A DNA stretch of 64,000 nucleotides from Bacteroidales bacterium (GCA_038245405.1 JBBRSO010000003.1:3300-67299); one strand, 5' to 3'. Shown: positions 16,937 to 27,495, counted from the first letter of the stretch. A program made the numbers and translations. Notes: generated by a model not told the origin, from the letters alone.

Positions 16937-19669
16937 TTACTCGGAAATTTCAAAAGTGTACTCTCCTGATCCCGCTTCCATAGTCAGCTTATTATCAGTA
17001 GTTTTCACATTTTTAAGATAGATATTATCCGTCAGGGATTTTCCTGATTCTTTTACGTTATTCTGACTGGCAGCAGGAAGAATTATTGTAGCATTGGTAT
17101 TGGCTGGGATACTTACCCTTACAATTACTTTCCCGTCTTTTCTTTCCCAACCTGACGCAATTGTACCATAAACACTCTCAAATGATGCTTTAGAATAGTC
17201 AAGCTTCTTTGTAGGATGTGGCTGAATTGTTATATGTTTATAACCGGCAACCATTGTTTCAATACCTGCTGAAACCCTGTACATCCAGTCTCCAATAGCG
17301 CCATATGCATAATGATTGAATGAGTTCATACCCTGGTCCTGAAATGTTGAGTCTGTTTTCTCTCCATCCCAGCGTTCCCAGATAGTAGTTGCTCCCATTT
17401 TTACAGGATAAAGCCATGATGGATACGATACCTGAAGTAAAAGATCATATGCAGTTTCTGTTAAACCATTGTCGGATAACACATGACACAGATAAGGCGT
17501 TCCAAGAAACCCTGTCGATAGGTGATTACACCTCTTTTAGAGGTCACTGTCAAGAAATGCTGCAGCTTTAGCACGAAGATTATCGGGCAGGAGGTTGAAC
17601 TTAAGTGCCAGCACGTAGGATGTCTGAGAATTGGTGCCTACTCTGCCTGCATTAGTAACATATTCATTTATAAATACATCTTTTATTTTGTTGAAAATAT
17701 CGGTATATGTCTTTGCGTCGTCTGTTTTTCCCAGAACTTTTGCTGCTTCAGCAAGTATACTGGCAGAATAGGCATAGAATGCAGTTGCGATAAAATCGCG
17801 CTCTGTGTGTCCATCAGCTTCTGTATGATTATTTACAGGAGGATGATAAAACAACCAGTCGCCATATTTACTGCCACCGGTCCAGATATATTTGTCACCT
17901 GCCTTTTTCCTGATATATTCTACCCAGGCTTTCATACTCTGATATTGATTTTCAAGGAAGTTTTTATCGCCATATACAAGGTACATTGTCCATGGAGCAA
18001 TCACAGCAACATCTCCCCATCCGGCAGATGGCTGGGCTGTCAGTGCGCCTTGCTTATTAAGGATATCGGGAATAACATCAGGAATCTCGCCTCCTTTTTT
18101 CTGATCGGCAGCCACATCTTTCAGCCATTTTGTGAAAAAGGCAGAAACATCCATATTAAATGCTGCGGTTCTGCAGAATGCCTGCGCATCACCTGTCCAG
18201 CCCAAACGCTCATCTCTCTGCGGACAGTCTGATGGTACATCCACAAAGTTGCCTTTCTGACCCCATTGGATATTATGCTGCAACTGATTTAAGAGTGGGT
18301 TTGAACATTCAAATGAACCGGTTACGCGCATATCAGAATGGACTACAACCCCTGTAAGATTATCGGCGGTAAGCTCTCCTGGGAATCCGGAAACCTCAAC
18401 GTATCTGAAACCCATAAATGTGAATTTTGGTTCATAAACCTCTTCTCCGTTTCCTGAAAGGGTATAGATTAACTGACATTTTGCAGTCCTGAGATTTGCT
18501 GTGTAGAACTCACCTGTTTTATCTAAAACCTCAGCATGGCGAAGTGTGATAACAGTTCCTTTTTTCCCTGTGACTTTTATCCGAACCCATCCGACCATAT
18601 TCTGTCCCATATCAACTAAAAGACTTCCCTTCGGACTCCGGAATATTTTAACTGGTTTAATTTCCTGAATTTTTCTGACCGGTGAACCTTCAGATGCTAC
18701 CAGATTAATGTTATTATAATTCCCTGTTCTGACGATTTGCCATTTTTTGTCATCATAACCAGCGCTGCTCCATCCGGTAAGTTTCATATTTGCATCGTAA
18801 GTCTCACCATTATAAATATCATTCATTCTTACGGCTCCTTCATTTGTTGCCTTCCATGTTTCATCACTGATAACTGTTGATATTGAACCATCGGAATAAG
18901 TTATTTTAAGCTGAAGCAATATGCCTAATCTCTTACCGTAAACAGCCCAGTTATCACCCCATGCAAGTGTTCCTCTGAACCAGCCATCGCCAAGTTCGGC
19001 CCCGATAGCATTATTCCCTTTTGTTAACATTTTTGTGACGTCAAAAACCTGGTATTGCAATCTTTTACTGTATGAAGTCCATCCGGGGGTAAGAACCTGA
19101 TCACCGACCTTATGGCCATTCAACTGCAGTTCATAGAAACCATGTGAAGTGACGTAGATCCTGGCTGATGATAGTGTTTTTGCAACAAGGAACTCTTTCC
19201 TGAATAATGGGGAAGGAGAATATCTCAGAGTATCATTCTGCATTTCAATCCATTTGGCTTTCCATTCCGCTGGGTCGAGCAATCCCATTTCCCAATATGC
19301 AACGGGGCTCCATTTCGATTCTTTCCCATTATTATCCCAGATCTTTACCTGCCAGAAATATTTTTGACCTGACTTTAATTCCGGACCTTTATATATATTC
19401 AGTACCGACTGATCCGATTCAATCTTTCCTGACTGCCACACCGTTTTCACTGACGAAAACTTTTCGTCAGTCGCTACCTTTAATAAATATGCTTTCTGCA
19501 TTATGCCATTACCTGTGCCTTTTATCTTCCATGAGAATCCCGGACTTTTATTTTCGATCCCCATCGGATTTACTTTATGGTCGATTGTCAGGTCCTTTAC
19601 TATCAGATCCTGTGAAAAAGCAACTCCTGAAAGTGCGAAAAAAACGAGAGTGATTAAGAGTGACTTCAT
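16937..19669 (-). pseudogene. GH78 alpha-L-rhamnosidase interrupted by a single in-frame TAA (17537-17539)
   Basis: The 720-aa and 181-aa ORFs are in the same frame. Read-through gives ...AAAFLDSDL*KRCNHLSTGFLGTPYLCHVLSDNG..., which restores the conserved GH78 TGFxGTPYL motif. Also present: WGDVAVIAPWTMYLVYGD and GATTIWERWDG. The signal peptide starts at ATG 19669. Confidence 0.8.
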
Positions 19670-19794
19670 AATTTTTGGATATTTTGAATTTATAATCAAG
19701 TATATAAAAAAATGTCTGAATAAAAAAATATCTCAGTTGGCTTTTTCCTGACTGAAAGTTTATAAATTGCAGATCACTCAATTTTAAAAAACCA

Positions 19795-20823
19795 ATGAAT
19801 CCAATTGCAGGTATCTTACTCATTGCCTTAGGAAGCTTGGGCGCGGCTAGTTTTTATGTGCCATTTAAGAAAGTTAAACTCTGGGCATGGGAATCCTATT
19901 GGATTGTACAGGGGGTTGCAGCCTGGCTTATAGCACCGATATTATTTGCGTATATGTTTGTACCTAAGGGTCAGCTTTTCCCAATTATTTCCGAAGCTCC
20001 GGCTTCCGCAAAACTTTATGCAATGATTTTCGGGGCTCTTTGGGGGTTTGGAGGGTTAACATTTGGGTTAAGCATCCGTTATCTGGGGGTAGCTCTTGGT
20101 CAGAGCATTGCATTAGGGCTCTGTGCGGCTTTCGGCACATTGATACCCCCTGTTATTGCAGGCGATAACTTATTTTTAACCACTTCAGGTATTCTTACAA
20201 TCGTAGGAGTGTCAATTACAGTAGCTGGAATTGCTGTGATCGGATACGCGGGTTCTTTGAAAAGCAAAGAGATGACTGAAGAAGAAAAGAGAGTAGCCGT
20301 AAAAGAATTTGCATTGAAGAAAGGCATATTTATTGCAGTGTTCGCAGGGATTATGAGTGCATGCTTTAATTTCGGATTTGAATCAGCAAAACCTATTGAA
20401 ATAGTCGCTCTGGCTCATGGAACTAACCCATTGTTCCAGAAAAACCCTTCGCTGATCTTCATTCTTCTGGGCGGTTTTATTACAAATGCCATCTATTGCG
20501 GATTTCTGAACATAAAAAATAAGACTTACCGGGATTATTTTTCAGTTTCAGGAAGTGTGTTGCTTAATAACTTGTTTTTTACTTTCCTCGCAGGATTTCT
20601 GTGGTTCCTGCAGTTTCACTTTTATGGCATGGGTTCAAGCAAGCTGCCGCAGGGTATGGCAGTATTCGGCTGGAGCATTTTAATGGCTCTGAATATTGCA
20701 ATAAGCAATATATGGGGGATTCTGCTTAATGAGTGGAAAGGGGCAAAAAGAAAGACAATTGTTATATTAATAATAGGGATTGTTATACTTATATTGTCGA
20801 CATTTGTGGTTAAACTGGGATAG
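19795..20823 (+). CDS. rhaT: L-rhamnose/proton symporter
   Basis: 342 aa, 10 TM. The N-terminus (GAASFYVPFKKVKLWAWESYWIVQG) closely parallels E. coli RhaT. Confidence 0.85.
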   Translation: MNPIAGILLIALGSLGAASFYVPFKKVKLWAWESYWIVQGVAAWLIAPILFAYMFVPKGQLFPIISEAPASAKLYAMIFGALWGFGGLTFGLSIRYLGVALGQSIALGLCAAFGTLIPPVIAGDNLFLTTSGILTIVGVSITVAGIAVIGYAGSLKSKEMTEEEKRVAVKEFALKKGIFIAVFAGIMSACFNFGFESAKPIEIVALAHGTNPLFQKNPSLIFILLGGFITNAIYCGFLNIKNKTYRDYFSVSGSVLLNNLFFTFLAGFLWFLQFHFYGMGSSKLPQGMAVFGWSILMALNIAISNIWGILLNEWKGAKRKTIVILIIGIVILILSTFVVKLG

Positions 20824-20825
20824 TT

Positions 20826-20860
20826 AAGTGAGTAGTGAGTTGTGAGGAGTGAGGAGTGAT
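20826..20860 (+). repeat. heptamer array (NNGTGAG)x5 in the rhaT-rhaM spacer
   Basis: aagtgag tagtgag ttgtgag gagtgag gagtgat, starting 3 nt after the rhaT stop. Confidence 0.5.
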
Positions 20861-20886
20861 GGGCAAAGGAATTGAATTTAGAAAAT

Positions 20887-21207
20887 ATGATAGAAAAAAG
20901 ATTCGGTTTTAAAATGAAGCTTCTTCCCGGGTTTAAGGAGGAGTATAAAAAGCGTCACTCGGAAATCTGGCCTGAGGTAGTCAGATTACTTAAAAATGAA
21001 GGCATCGGCAACTATTCCATCTTTCTTGATGAAGAGACAAATACACTTTTTGCCTATCAGGAACAGAAAGGGGAGAGTTCTTCACAAGACCTTGGCAGTA
21101 CTGAAATCGTTCAGAAATGGTGGAAGTACATGGCTGACATAATGGAAACCAATCCGGATAATTCACCAGTGACAGTTCCCCTGGACCAGCTATTTTATAT
21201 GAAATAG
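20887..21207 (+). CDS. rhaM: L-rhamnose mutarotase
   Basis: 106 aa from ATG 20887 (the track ORF starts at TTG 20872). HSEIWPEV...GIGNYSIF...LFAYQE is typical of RhaM/YiiL. Confidence 0.85.
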   Translation: MIEKRFGFKMKLLPGFKEEYKKRHSEIWPEVVRLLKNEGIGNYSIFLDEETNTLFAYQEQKGESSSQDLGSTEIVQKWWKYMADIMETNPDNSPVTVPLDQLFYMK

Positions 21208-21210
21208 TTT

Positions 21211-21252
21211 AAACAACAAACGATAAACGACAAAGGCTAAATAATAAACGCT
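21211..21252 (+). repeat. heptamer array (AAACNNN)x6 directly upstream of rhaA
   Basis: aaacaac aaacgat aaacgac aaaggct aaataat aaacgct, ending 8 nt before ATG 21261. The first 18 nt are identical to 58457-58474. Confidence 0.55.
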
Positions 21253-21260
21253 ATCCTGAT

Positions 21261-22526
21261 ATGAAAAAAGAAGTAATCGAAAAAGCTTACCAGCTTGCAA
21301 AGGAGCAATATGCTGAATTTGGAGTTGACACCGACAAAGTTATTGTAGAACTTGATAAAATAAAGATTAGCCTGCACTGCTGGCAAACAGACGATGTTGG
21401 CGGTTTTGAAAAGCCTGGATCAGTACTTGGTGGCGGTGGAATTCAGGCAACCGGTAACTTCCCCGGCAAAGCTAAGACAATAGAGCAAATGAGAGCTGAC
21501 CTTGATAAAGTTATGTCTCTTCTTCCTGGAAAACAACGATTAAGCCTGCATGCAATTTATGGTGAATTCGGCGGAAACCTTGTTGACCGCGATAAGATAG
21601 AACCAAAACATTTTCAGGGCTGGATAGACTGGGCAAAAACAAGAGGAATAGGTCTGGATTTCAACAGCACATGTTTTTCACACCCACTGGCTGATGATGG
21701 ATTTACACTTTCGAGTAAAGACGAAAAAATCAGAAAATTCTGGGTAGAGCACAACAAGAGATGCAGAGCAATTGCAGCAGAAATGGGAAAGCAACTTGGG
21801 ACTGCCAGTGTGCATAATATTTGGATTCCTGACGGAATGAAAGATACTCCTGTTGATAGAAATACCCTGCGCAAGCAGCTCAAAAAATCTCTTGACGAGA
21901 TATTCGCAGTTAAATATCCTAAAGAGTATTTAAAAGATTCTGTTGAGAGTAAGCTATTTGGAATCGGTTCTGAGTCTATGGTAGTCGGTTCACACGATTT
22001 TTACCTTGGTTATGCAATAAAAAACAATATTCTCATTACGCTTGACAATGGCCATTTCCATCCTACAGAACAGGTTGGGGATAAAGTTTCGTCAATACTT
22101 CAATTTGTAGATGAGATCCTTTTACACCTAACCCGGGGAGTACGTTGGGATAGTGATCATGTCCTTACATTTAATGATGAGCTTTTACTGATTACCCAGG
22201 AAATTGTGAGAAGCAAAGCCCTCAAAAGGGTTAATATCGGACTCGATTTTTTTGATGCAAGTCTTAACAGGATAGGTGCATATGTTATTGGAACAAGATC
22301 GGCACAGCTGGCATTTATGTATGCTCTGCTGGAACCAATCGACAAACTTGTAAAGTTTGAAGAAGAAGGGAAGAGCTTTGAGAGACTTTCGTTGCTGGAA
22401 CTTCTTAAAACAATGCCATTTGGCGCAGTTTATGACTATTATTGCATGAAAAGTAATATCGCTACAGGTCAGGAGTATATAGACGAAATATTAAAATACG
22501 AAAAAGAAGTACTGTTAAAAAGATAA
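21261..22526 (+). CDS. rhaA: L-rhamnose isomerase
   Basis: 421 aa. The N-terminus (AYQLAKEQYAEFGVDTDKVIVELDKIKISLHCWQTDDVGGFE) is collinear with E. coli RhaA. Confidence 0.92.
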   Translation: MKKEVIEKAYQLAKEQYAEFGVDTDKVIVELDKIKISLHCWQTDDVGGFEKPGSVLGGGGIQATGNFPGKAKTIEQMRADLDKVMSLLPGKQRLSLHAIYGEFGGNLVDRDKIEPKHFQGWIDWAKTRGIGLDFNSTCFSHPLADDGFTLSSKDEKIRKFWVEHNKRCRAIAAEMGKQLGTASVHNIWIPDGMKDTPVDRNTLRKQLKKSLDEIFAVKYPKEYLKDSVESKLFGIGSESMVVGSHDFYLGYAIKNNILITLDNGHFHPTEQVGDKVSSILQFVDEILLHLTRGVRWDSDHVLTFNDELLLITQEIVRSKALKRVNIGLDFFDASLNRIGAYVIGTRSAQLAFMYALLEPIDKLVKFEEEGKSFERLSLLELLKTMPFGAVYDYYCMKSNIATGQEYIDEILKYEKEVLLKR

Positions 22527-22674
22527 GGAAGTGCATTTCCATAAATGCTTTTAGAATATCTTTGTCATTCTGTCATTTAAAAGGGAAAACAGAATCACCT
22601 GAAAAGCAGTTATAATAAAGGACCTTCATTTTTACACATAAGAGAGGTGAAGACAAAAAAATGATTACGCGGAA

Positions 22675-24024
22675 ATGAAAGAAACTGTTATTGCTATTTA
22701 CGATATCGGGAAAACAAACAAAAAAATTATTCTCTTTAATGAAGATTTTAAAATACTTTCAGAAATTGAAAAGAAGTTTCCTGAAACAATCGATGATGAT
22801 GGCTTCGAATGTGATGATATTGAACGCATTGAGGTATGGGTCAGAGATTCGCTTTTTGAGCTGGTCAATTCAGAAAAATATGATCTTAAAGCTGTAAATT
22901 TCGCTACATACGGAGCCAGCATGGTTTACCTCGATGAATGGGGAAAGCGACTTACACCTGTATACAATTATCTGAAACCAATGGATGATAAGATCCCTGA
23001 AAGTCTGTACAAAAGACATGGAGGCAGGGATGAGTTTTGCAGACGTACAGCATCTCCTGCACTGGGTATGCTTAATTCCGGACTGCAGCCTTTATGGCTG
23101 AAAACTGTCAAACCGGATGTGTTTGCAAAAATAAAGCACATACTGCATTTTCCCCAGTATATCTCATATCTGATAACAGGCCAAATATACTCAGAGCATA
23201 CTTCCATTGGATGTCACACCGCCTTATGGGATTTTGATAATATGAATTATCATCCGTGGACAAAAAATTACTCATTAAATCTGCCTGACCCTGTTCCTGT
23301 TGAAACAACAAATGACGTGATGGTTGATGGTAAGAAAATTATTGTCGGGGTCGGTATTCATGATAGCTCAGCTTCTCTTGCACCATACTTTTCAAGCAGT
23401 AAAGGAAATTTTCTTTTAATGTCGACAGGTACATGGTGTATAAACATGAATCCATTCAACACTGAGAAACTTACTGCTGAACAACTTGACAAAGATTGTC
23501 TTTGTTACATGAGCATAACACGTCAGCCTGTGAAATCTTCAAGGCTTTTTCTCGGTCATTTGCATGAGGCCGGCTTGAAAATTATAACAGAACATTTCAG
23601 AAAGGCTGATGATTATTATAAAAAGGTAAAAGCTGACAATAAGTTAGCCTCAGTCCTCAAAACTAAACTAAACGGGAAGAAAGTTTTCTTCCAGACAGGG
23701 CTATATTCCCGTGAACTAAAGGAATATATCGATTTATACGAATTTAATACATTTGAAGAGGCTTACCATCAGCTGATGAACGAGTTAGGCGATCTTACCA
23801 TCGAAGCAGTCAACCTGGTTCTTCCTCAAAATGACATTTCTGAGAATATTTACATTACAGGCGGTTTTTCAAAAAATAAACTCTTTTGCAATATCATCTC
23901 AAAAGCTTATCCAACCAAGATGGTTTTTACTTCAGAAATTGCGAACGGTTCAGCATTGGGTGCAGCATTGGTTGTTTCAGGTTCGCATTCTTCACTGAAC
24001 CTTGGTCTGACCAGGTGTTCATAA
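22675..24024 (+). CDS. FGGY-family sugar kinase, probable rhamnulokinase
   Basis: 449 aa. FGGY N-terminal (IAIYDIGKTNKKII) and C-terminal (ITGGFSKN, GSALGAA) motifs. The rhamnulokinase role is inferred from position after rhaA. Confidence 0.65.
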   Translation: MKETVIAIYDIGKTNKKIILFNEDFKILSEIEKKFPETIDDDGFECDDIERIEVWVRDSLFELVNSEKYDLKAVNFATYGASMVYLDEWGKRLTPVYNYLKPMDDKIPESLYKRHGGRDEFCRRTASPALGMLNSGLQPLWLKTVKPDVFAKIKHILHFPQYISYLITGQIYSEHTSIGCHTALWDFDNMNYHPWTKNYSLNLPDPVPVETTNDVMVDGKKIIVGVGIHDSSASLAPYFSSSKGNFLLMSTGTWCINMNPFNTEKLTAEQLDKDCLCYMSITRQPVKSSRLFLGHLHEAGLKIITEHFRKADDYYKKVKADNKLASVLKTKLNGKKVFFQTGLYSRELKEYIDLYEFNTFEEAYHQLMNELGDLTIEAVNLVLPQNDISENIYITGGFSKNKLFCNIISKAYPTKMVFTSEIANGSALGAALVVSGSHSSLNLGLTRCS

Positions 24025-24046
24025 ATTTATATTTAACAAATAAAAA

Positions 24047-24559
24047 ATGATAAGTAAGACGACTATTTCAGCTATTCTTTTGTTTTCAATACTTGTTTTC
24101 TCCTGTAAAAAAACATACTTTACATCCGATTCCAGCGTAGTGATAAATGAGTTCTTGCCGGTAAACAATATAACCATTGCTGATCAGAATGGGGAATTTG
24201 ACGACTGGATCGAGTTATTCAACCTGTCTTCAGCATCTGTGAACTTATCAGGGTATTTTCTTAGCGACGATAAAAAAGAACCCGGAAAATGGAAGTTTCC
24301 GCAAGGAACAAGCATAGCTGGCAACAGCTATCTTATTATATGGGCTGATGGGGACACAACCGAAACCGGATTGCATGCCAACTTCAAGCTATCTTCTTCA
24401 GGAGAGGATGTTGTTCTTTCAGATCCTTCAAAAGAGAAACTTGATAAAATATCGTATCCGGCTCAGCCACTGGAATTATCCTATGCCAGAGTTCCGAACG
24501 GGACTGGTGAATTCAAATGGCAGACGCCTACCTACAACAGAACAAACGGTTCAAAATAA
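24047..24559 (+). CDS. lamin-tail-domain (LTD) lipoprotein
   Basis: 170 aa. Lipobox LVFSC, then the LTD pattern INEFLP...DWIELFN...VNLSGYFLSDD... Confidence 0.7.
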   Translation: MISKTTISAILLFSILVFSCKKTYFTSDSSVVINEFLPVNNITIADQNGEFDDWIELFNLSSASVNLSGYFLSDDKKEPGKWKFPQGTSIAGNSYLIIWADGDTTETGLHANFKLSSSGEDVVLSDPSKEKLDKISYPAQPLELSYARVPNGTGEFKWQTPTYNRTNGSK

Positions 24560-24562
24560 TTT

Positions 24563-25879
24563 CTAATATACTCTCTGTCCAATGGCAGCTTTAAGCCTGT
24601 AAACGCTTGTTGCGTAGTCAATTTTTGCCTTTAAAAGCATAAGACTGCTCTCAGATACTGATGTGTTTGCATCAAGCAGATCGAGATTCGTGATCATACC
24701 TGACTTGAAGCTAGTCTGTGCCAGTGAATAGGCTTTGATTGCCTGCTGAAGCTGAAGCTCCGACTGACTCACTTTTTTAGAGGCTGCAAGCAAAAGGGCT
24801 TCTGATTCGAATACTTCATTTGAAATACTTCTTTTGGTAAACTCAGATTCGTATGACAATGATGTTATCGCCGATTGAGCCTGTAAGAGATTGTATTTGT
24901 TTTTCATTCCATCAAATATCGGAACGCGTAGACCCAGTCCGACTACATAATTCGGAGTCAGTTTGTTAAGATATGGGATAAAGCCATTTTTCGCCCCTCC
25001 TGATGCCTGAAAACTTAACATCGGCTTATTTTGGAGTTTCACTATACCATAACGCAATTCTGCCATAGATGTCCTTTTCTCATTTATAAGAACTTCGTCT
25101 CTGTTGCGGAAAGCAAATGAAACAACAGAATCGGAAGGCACAACAGGTGGTTCTACCTCCACCTCATTGCGGACAACAGGTTTAATTATCTGATCATTGC
25201 CCATCAGGGAATTCAAAGCAGCCTGCTGAGCTGTGAGAGCAGCTATAAGATCAGCCTTCTGGTTTTCAACAGATGACATTCTTACTTTTGTTGTAAGAAC
25301 CTGGTATTCTGTTGCAGAACCGGTTTCCTGGAATTTCTGAATAAACTGAAGATGCTCATTCAGAGCAGAGATCTGTTCATCCTTTATTTTAATTGCAGCC
25401 TGCAAGTATAGTAAGGAATAATAACTGTTAATGGTATATAGAGATAGTTTCTGTTTGACCTGTTCGAGAGTTTGTTCACCAATAGCTTTGCCTTTGTTTT
25501 CAAGCTCTACATTCTGGTGAGACCTTCCAAAATCATAAAGGAGCTGTTTAAAATTTACAGAAGCAGAATAGTTGTTTCCAGGGTACAGCTGAAAGGTTCC
25601 GAAATCAGGAAGAGTAAGCTTGGTTACCGGTCCGAGATTTGTAAAACTCGCAGTCATATCAACCTCGGGATTATATCCTGTTTTTGCCAGAGCTATACGG
25701 GAGTCCGCATTTAGAATGGCTTCTTCAGCAACTTTAACAGAAGGGTAGGTTGTAATTACTTTTTGTATTACGATTTTAAGAGACAGGGAATCATTTATCT
25801 GACCAGTTACAGAGCCATTAAAAAACAGGTATATTAAGAATACCGAAAGAATTGATCTTAAAATTGTATGTTTATTCAT
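24563..25879 (-). CDS. TolC-family outer-membrane efflux protein
   Basis: 438 aa. Signal peptide and two tandem OEP-type helical repeats. Last gene of the HlyD/MFS/TolC operon. Confidence 0.8.
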   Translation of the reverse strand: MNKHTILRSILSVFLIYLFFNGSVTGQINDSLSLKIVIQKVITTYPSVKVAEEAILNADSRIALAKTGYNPEVDMTASFTNLGPVTKLTLPDFGTFQLYPGNNYSASVNFKQLLYDFGRSHQNVELENKGKAIGEQTLEQVKQKLSLYTINSYYSLLYLQAAIKIKDEQISALNEHLQFIQKFQETGSATEYQVLTTKVRMSSVENQKADLIAALTAQQAALNSLMGNDQIIKPVVRNEVEVEPPVVPSDSVVSFAFRNRDEVLINEKRTSMAELRYGIVKLQNKPMLSFQASGGAKNGFIPYLNKLTPNYVVGLGLRVPIFDGMKNKYNLLQAQSAITSLSYESEFTKRSISNEVFESEALLLAASKKVSQSELQLQQAIKAYSLAQTSFKSGMITNLDLLDANTSVSESSLMLLKAKIDYATSVYRLKAAIGQRVY

Positions 25880-27494
25880 TTGCCGGAATATTTTTAATTT
25901 TTGATTTTTTAGTGTGAAGAAAGATTATCGGAATACCACCAATAAGTGTTATTATTCCTGCCAGCAGAAAATCGTCGTCAATACCTTGAATATATGCTTG
26001 TCTACTCAGATTAGACAATATGATTGCCTGGCTTTGCCTGGCCGACATTGAAGGAGAGCTCCCTGCACCGTAAACCAGATGGCTCTTTATTTTTGAAGTA
26101 GTTTGCTGATAAACTTCAGAACCTTGTTTAATAGAGTTACCAAATGTTTGAGAATGGTAGTTTACCCTTGTTGTCAGAACTGTAGCAAGCAATGCCACCC
26201 CTAAGCTACCACCAAGCTGACGGATTGAATTTGTTATAGCCGAAGCCTGCGCCATCTTATCTCGGGGTATTTCTGACAGTGATATGGCTGTAAGAGCGGT
26301 AAACATCAATCCCATTGCCAGACCACGCATGTAGAGAGATATCATTATGAAATTAAGCTCAGTTAGCCATGATAATTGAGAATTGAGGTAGAAGCTGTAG
26401 GCAAAGAGGATTACCCCAACGAAGAGAGGGATTTTTGGACTGAACTTGTCAGAGATTTTTCCTGACAGTGGTGCCACAATCCCCTGAATAATCCCCATCG
26501 GAAGAAACAGCGATCCGGCCTGAAGGGCGGTATAACCCAGGCTGCTCTGCAAATAGATCGGTAACAAAAATGTGCTGCCAAACATTCCCAGACTAAATAT
26601 TACCAGGATCAAATTAGCTATTCCAAAGTTATGGTACCTTAACAGCCTCAGATCGAGCAACGGCTCTTTTACTACAAGTTCATTAGTTATAAAGACCGCC
26701 AGCGCTATCATAGCAATGGCTCCGTATATCAATATAAAAGGAGCATGCCATCCTGCAGAGTTTGTTGCTGCATTTCCCTGTGAAAGAATATAAAGTGTAA
26801 GTGGAAGGAAAATTGTAACTGAGATAAAACCTACTACATCAAATTTCCTTATTCTTTTATTTACATACTCGCGCATTACTATTATGGTGAATAGCATTGC
26901 AATAATTCCGACAGGTATATTGACATCGAAGATCAAAGGCCAGCTGAAAGTATCAATAAGAAAACCACCGATAAGAGGACCGAATGAGACTGAAGCGGCA
27001 GCAGAAATACCCCAGAAACCGAGGGCTACACCTCTTTGATGCGGAGGAAATTCCCTGGTAATAATCGCCATGCCCAGGGGTTGTATTGTTCCGGCACCAA
27101 ATCCTTGAATGATCCTTGAGGCGATAAGCATATTCTCATTCGAAGAACGGCCGCATAACATCGAACCCAGAGTAAAAAGGAAGAGCCCAATGAAATACAA
27201 TCGCTTGTAACCAAATCTATCGGCAAGCCATCCGGACGTAGGAAGGGCAACCGCCATGGCAAGCATGTAAGCGGTGACTACCCATTGTATCTTATCAAGA
27301 CCAACACCAAATGACGCCATTATCTTGGGAAGCCCAACGTTAACAATGGTGGCATCAAGAACCGCCATAAAGGTTCCGATCATTATATTAGCGAGGAGGA
27401 ACCATTTGTATGATTCGTGCTTAGGATGAAAGCCGGAATTTCTCCTCCTGACCATGTATCTGATTCGGTGAGGAAGTGTTCTTCTTCTATCCAT
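25872..27494 (-). CDS. MFS drug efflux transporter, DHA2/EmrB type (14 TM)
   Basis: 540 aa. LDATIVNVGLPKI and GWLADRFGYKR motifs. Overlaps the tolC-like start by 8 nt. Confidence 0.85.
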   Translation of the reverse strand: MDRRRTLPHRIRYMVRRRNSGFHPKHESYKWFLLANIMIGTFMAVLDATIVNVGLPKIMASFGVGLDKIQWVVTAYMLAMAVALPTSGWLADRFGYKRLYFIGLFLFTLGSMLCGRSSNENMLIASRIIQGFGAGTIQPLGMAIITREFPPHQRGVALGFWGISAAASVSFGPLIGGFLIDTFSWPLIFDVNIPVGIIAMLFTIIVMREYVNKRIRKFDVVGFISVTIFLPLTLYILSQGNAATNSAGWHAPFILIYGAIAMIALAVFITNELVVKEPLLDLRLLRYHNFGIANLILVIFSLGMFGSTFLLPIYLQSSLGYTALQAGSLFLPMGIIQGIVAPLSGKISDKFSPKIPLFVGVILFAYSFYLNSQLSWLTELNFIMISLYMRGLAMGLMFTALTAISLSEIPRDKMAQASAITNSIRQLGGSLGVALLATVLTTRVNYHSQTFGNSIKQGSEVYQQTTSKIKSHLVYGAGSSPSMSARQSQAIILSNLSRQAYIQGIDDDFLLAGIITLIGGIPIIFLHTKKSKIKNIPANE

Positions 27495-27495
27495 T

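Noticed and set aside
17537-17539. Selenocysteine or programmed recoding at the in-frame stop of the GH78 gene
   Set aside because: The codon is TAA, not TGA. I saw no downstream stem-loop resembling a SECIS element, and GH78 enzymes have no known recoding. A nonsense mutation or sequencing error is the simpler explanation.
17522-18232. 236-aa Cys-rich plus-strand ORF
   Set aside because: It lies entirely antisense inside the well-supported GH78 rhamnosidase frame. Its composition is typical of a shadow ORF.
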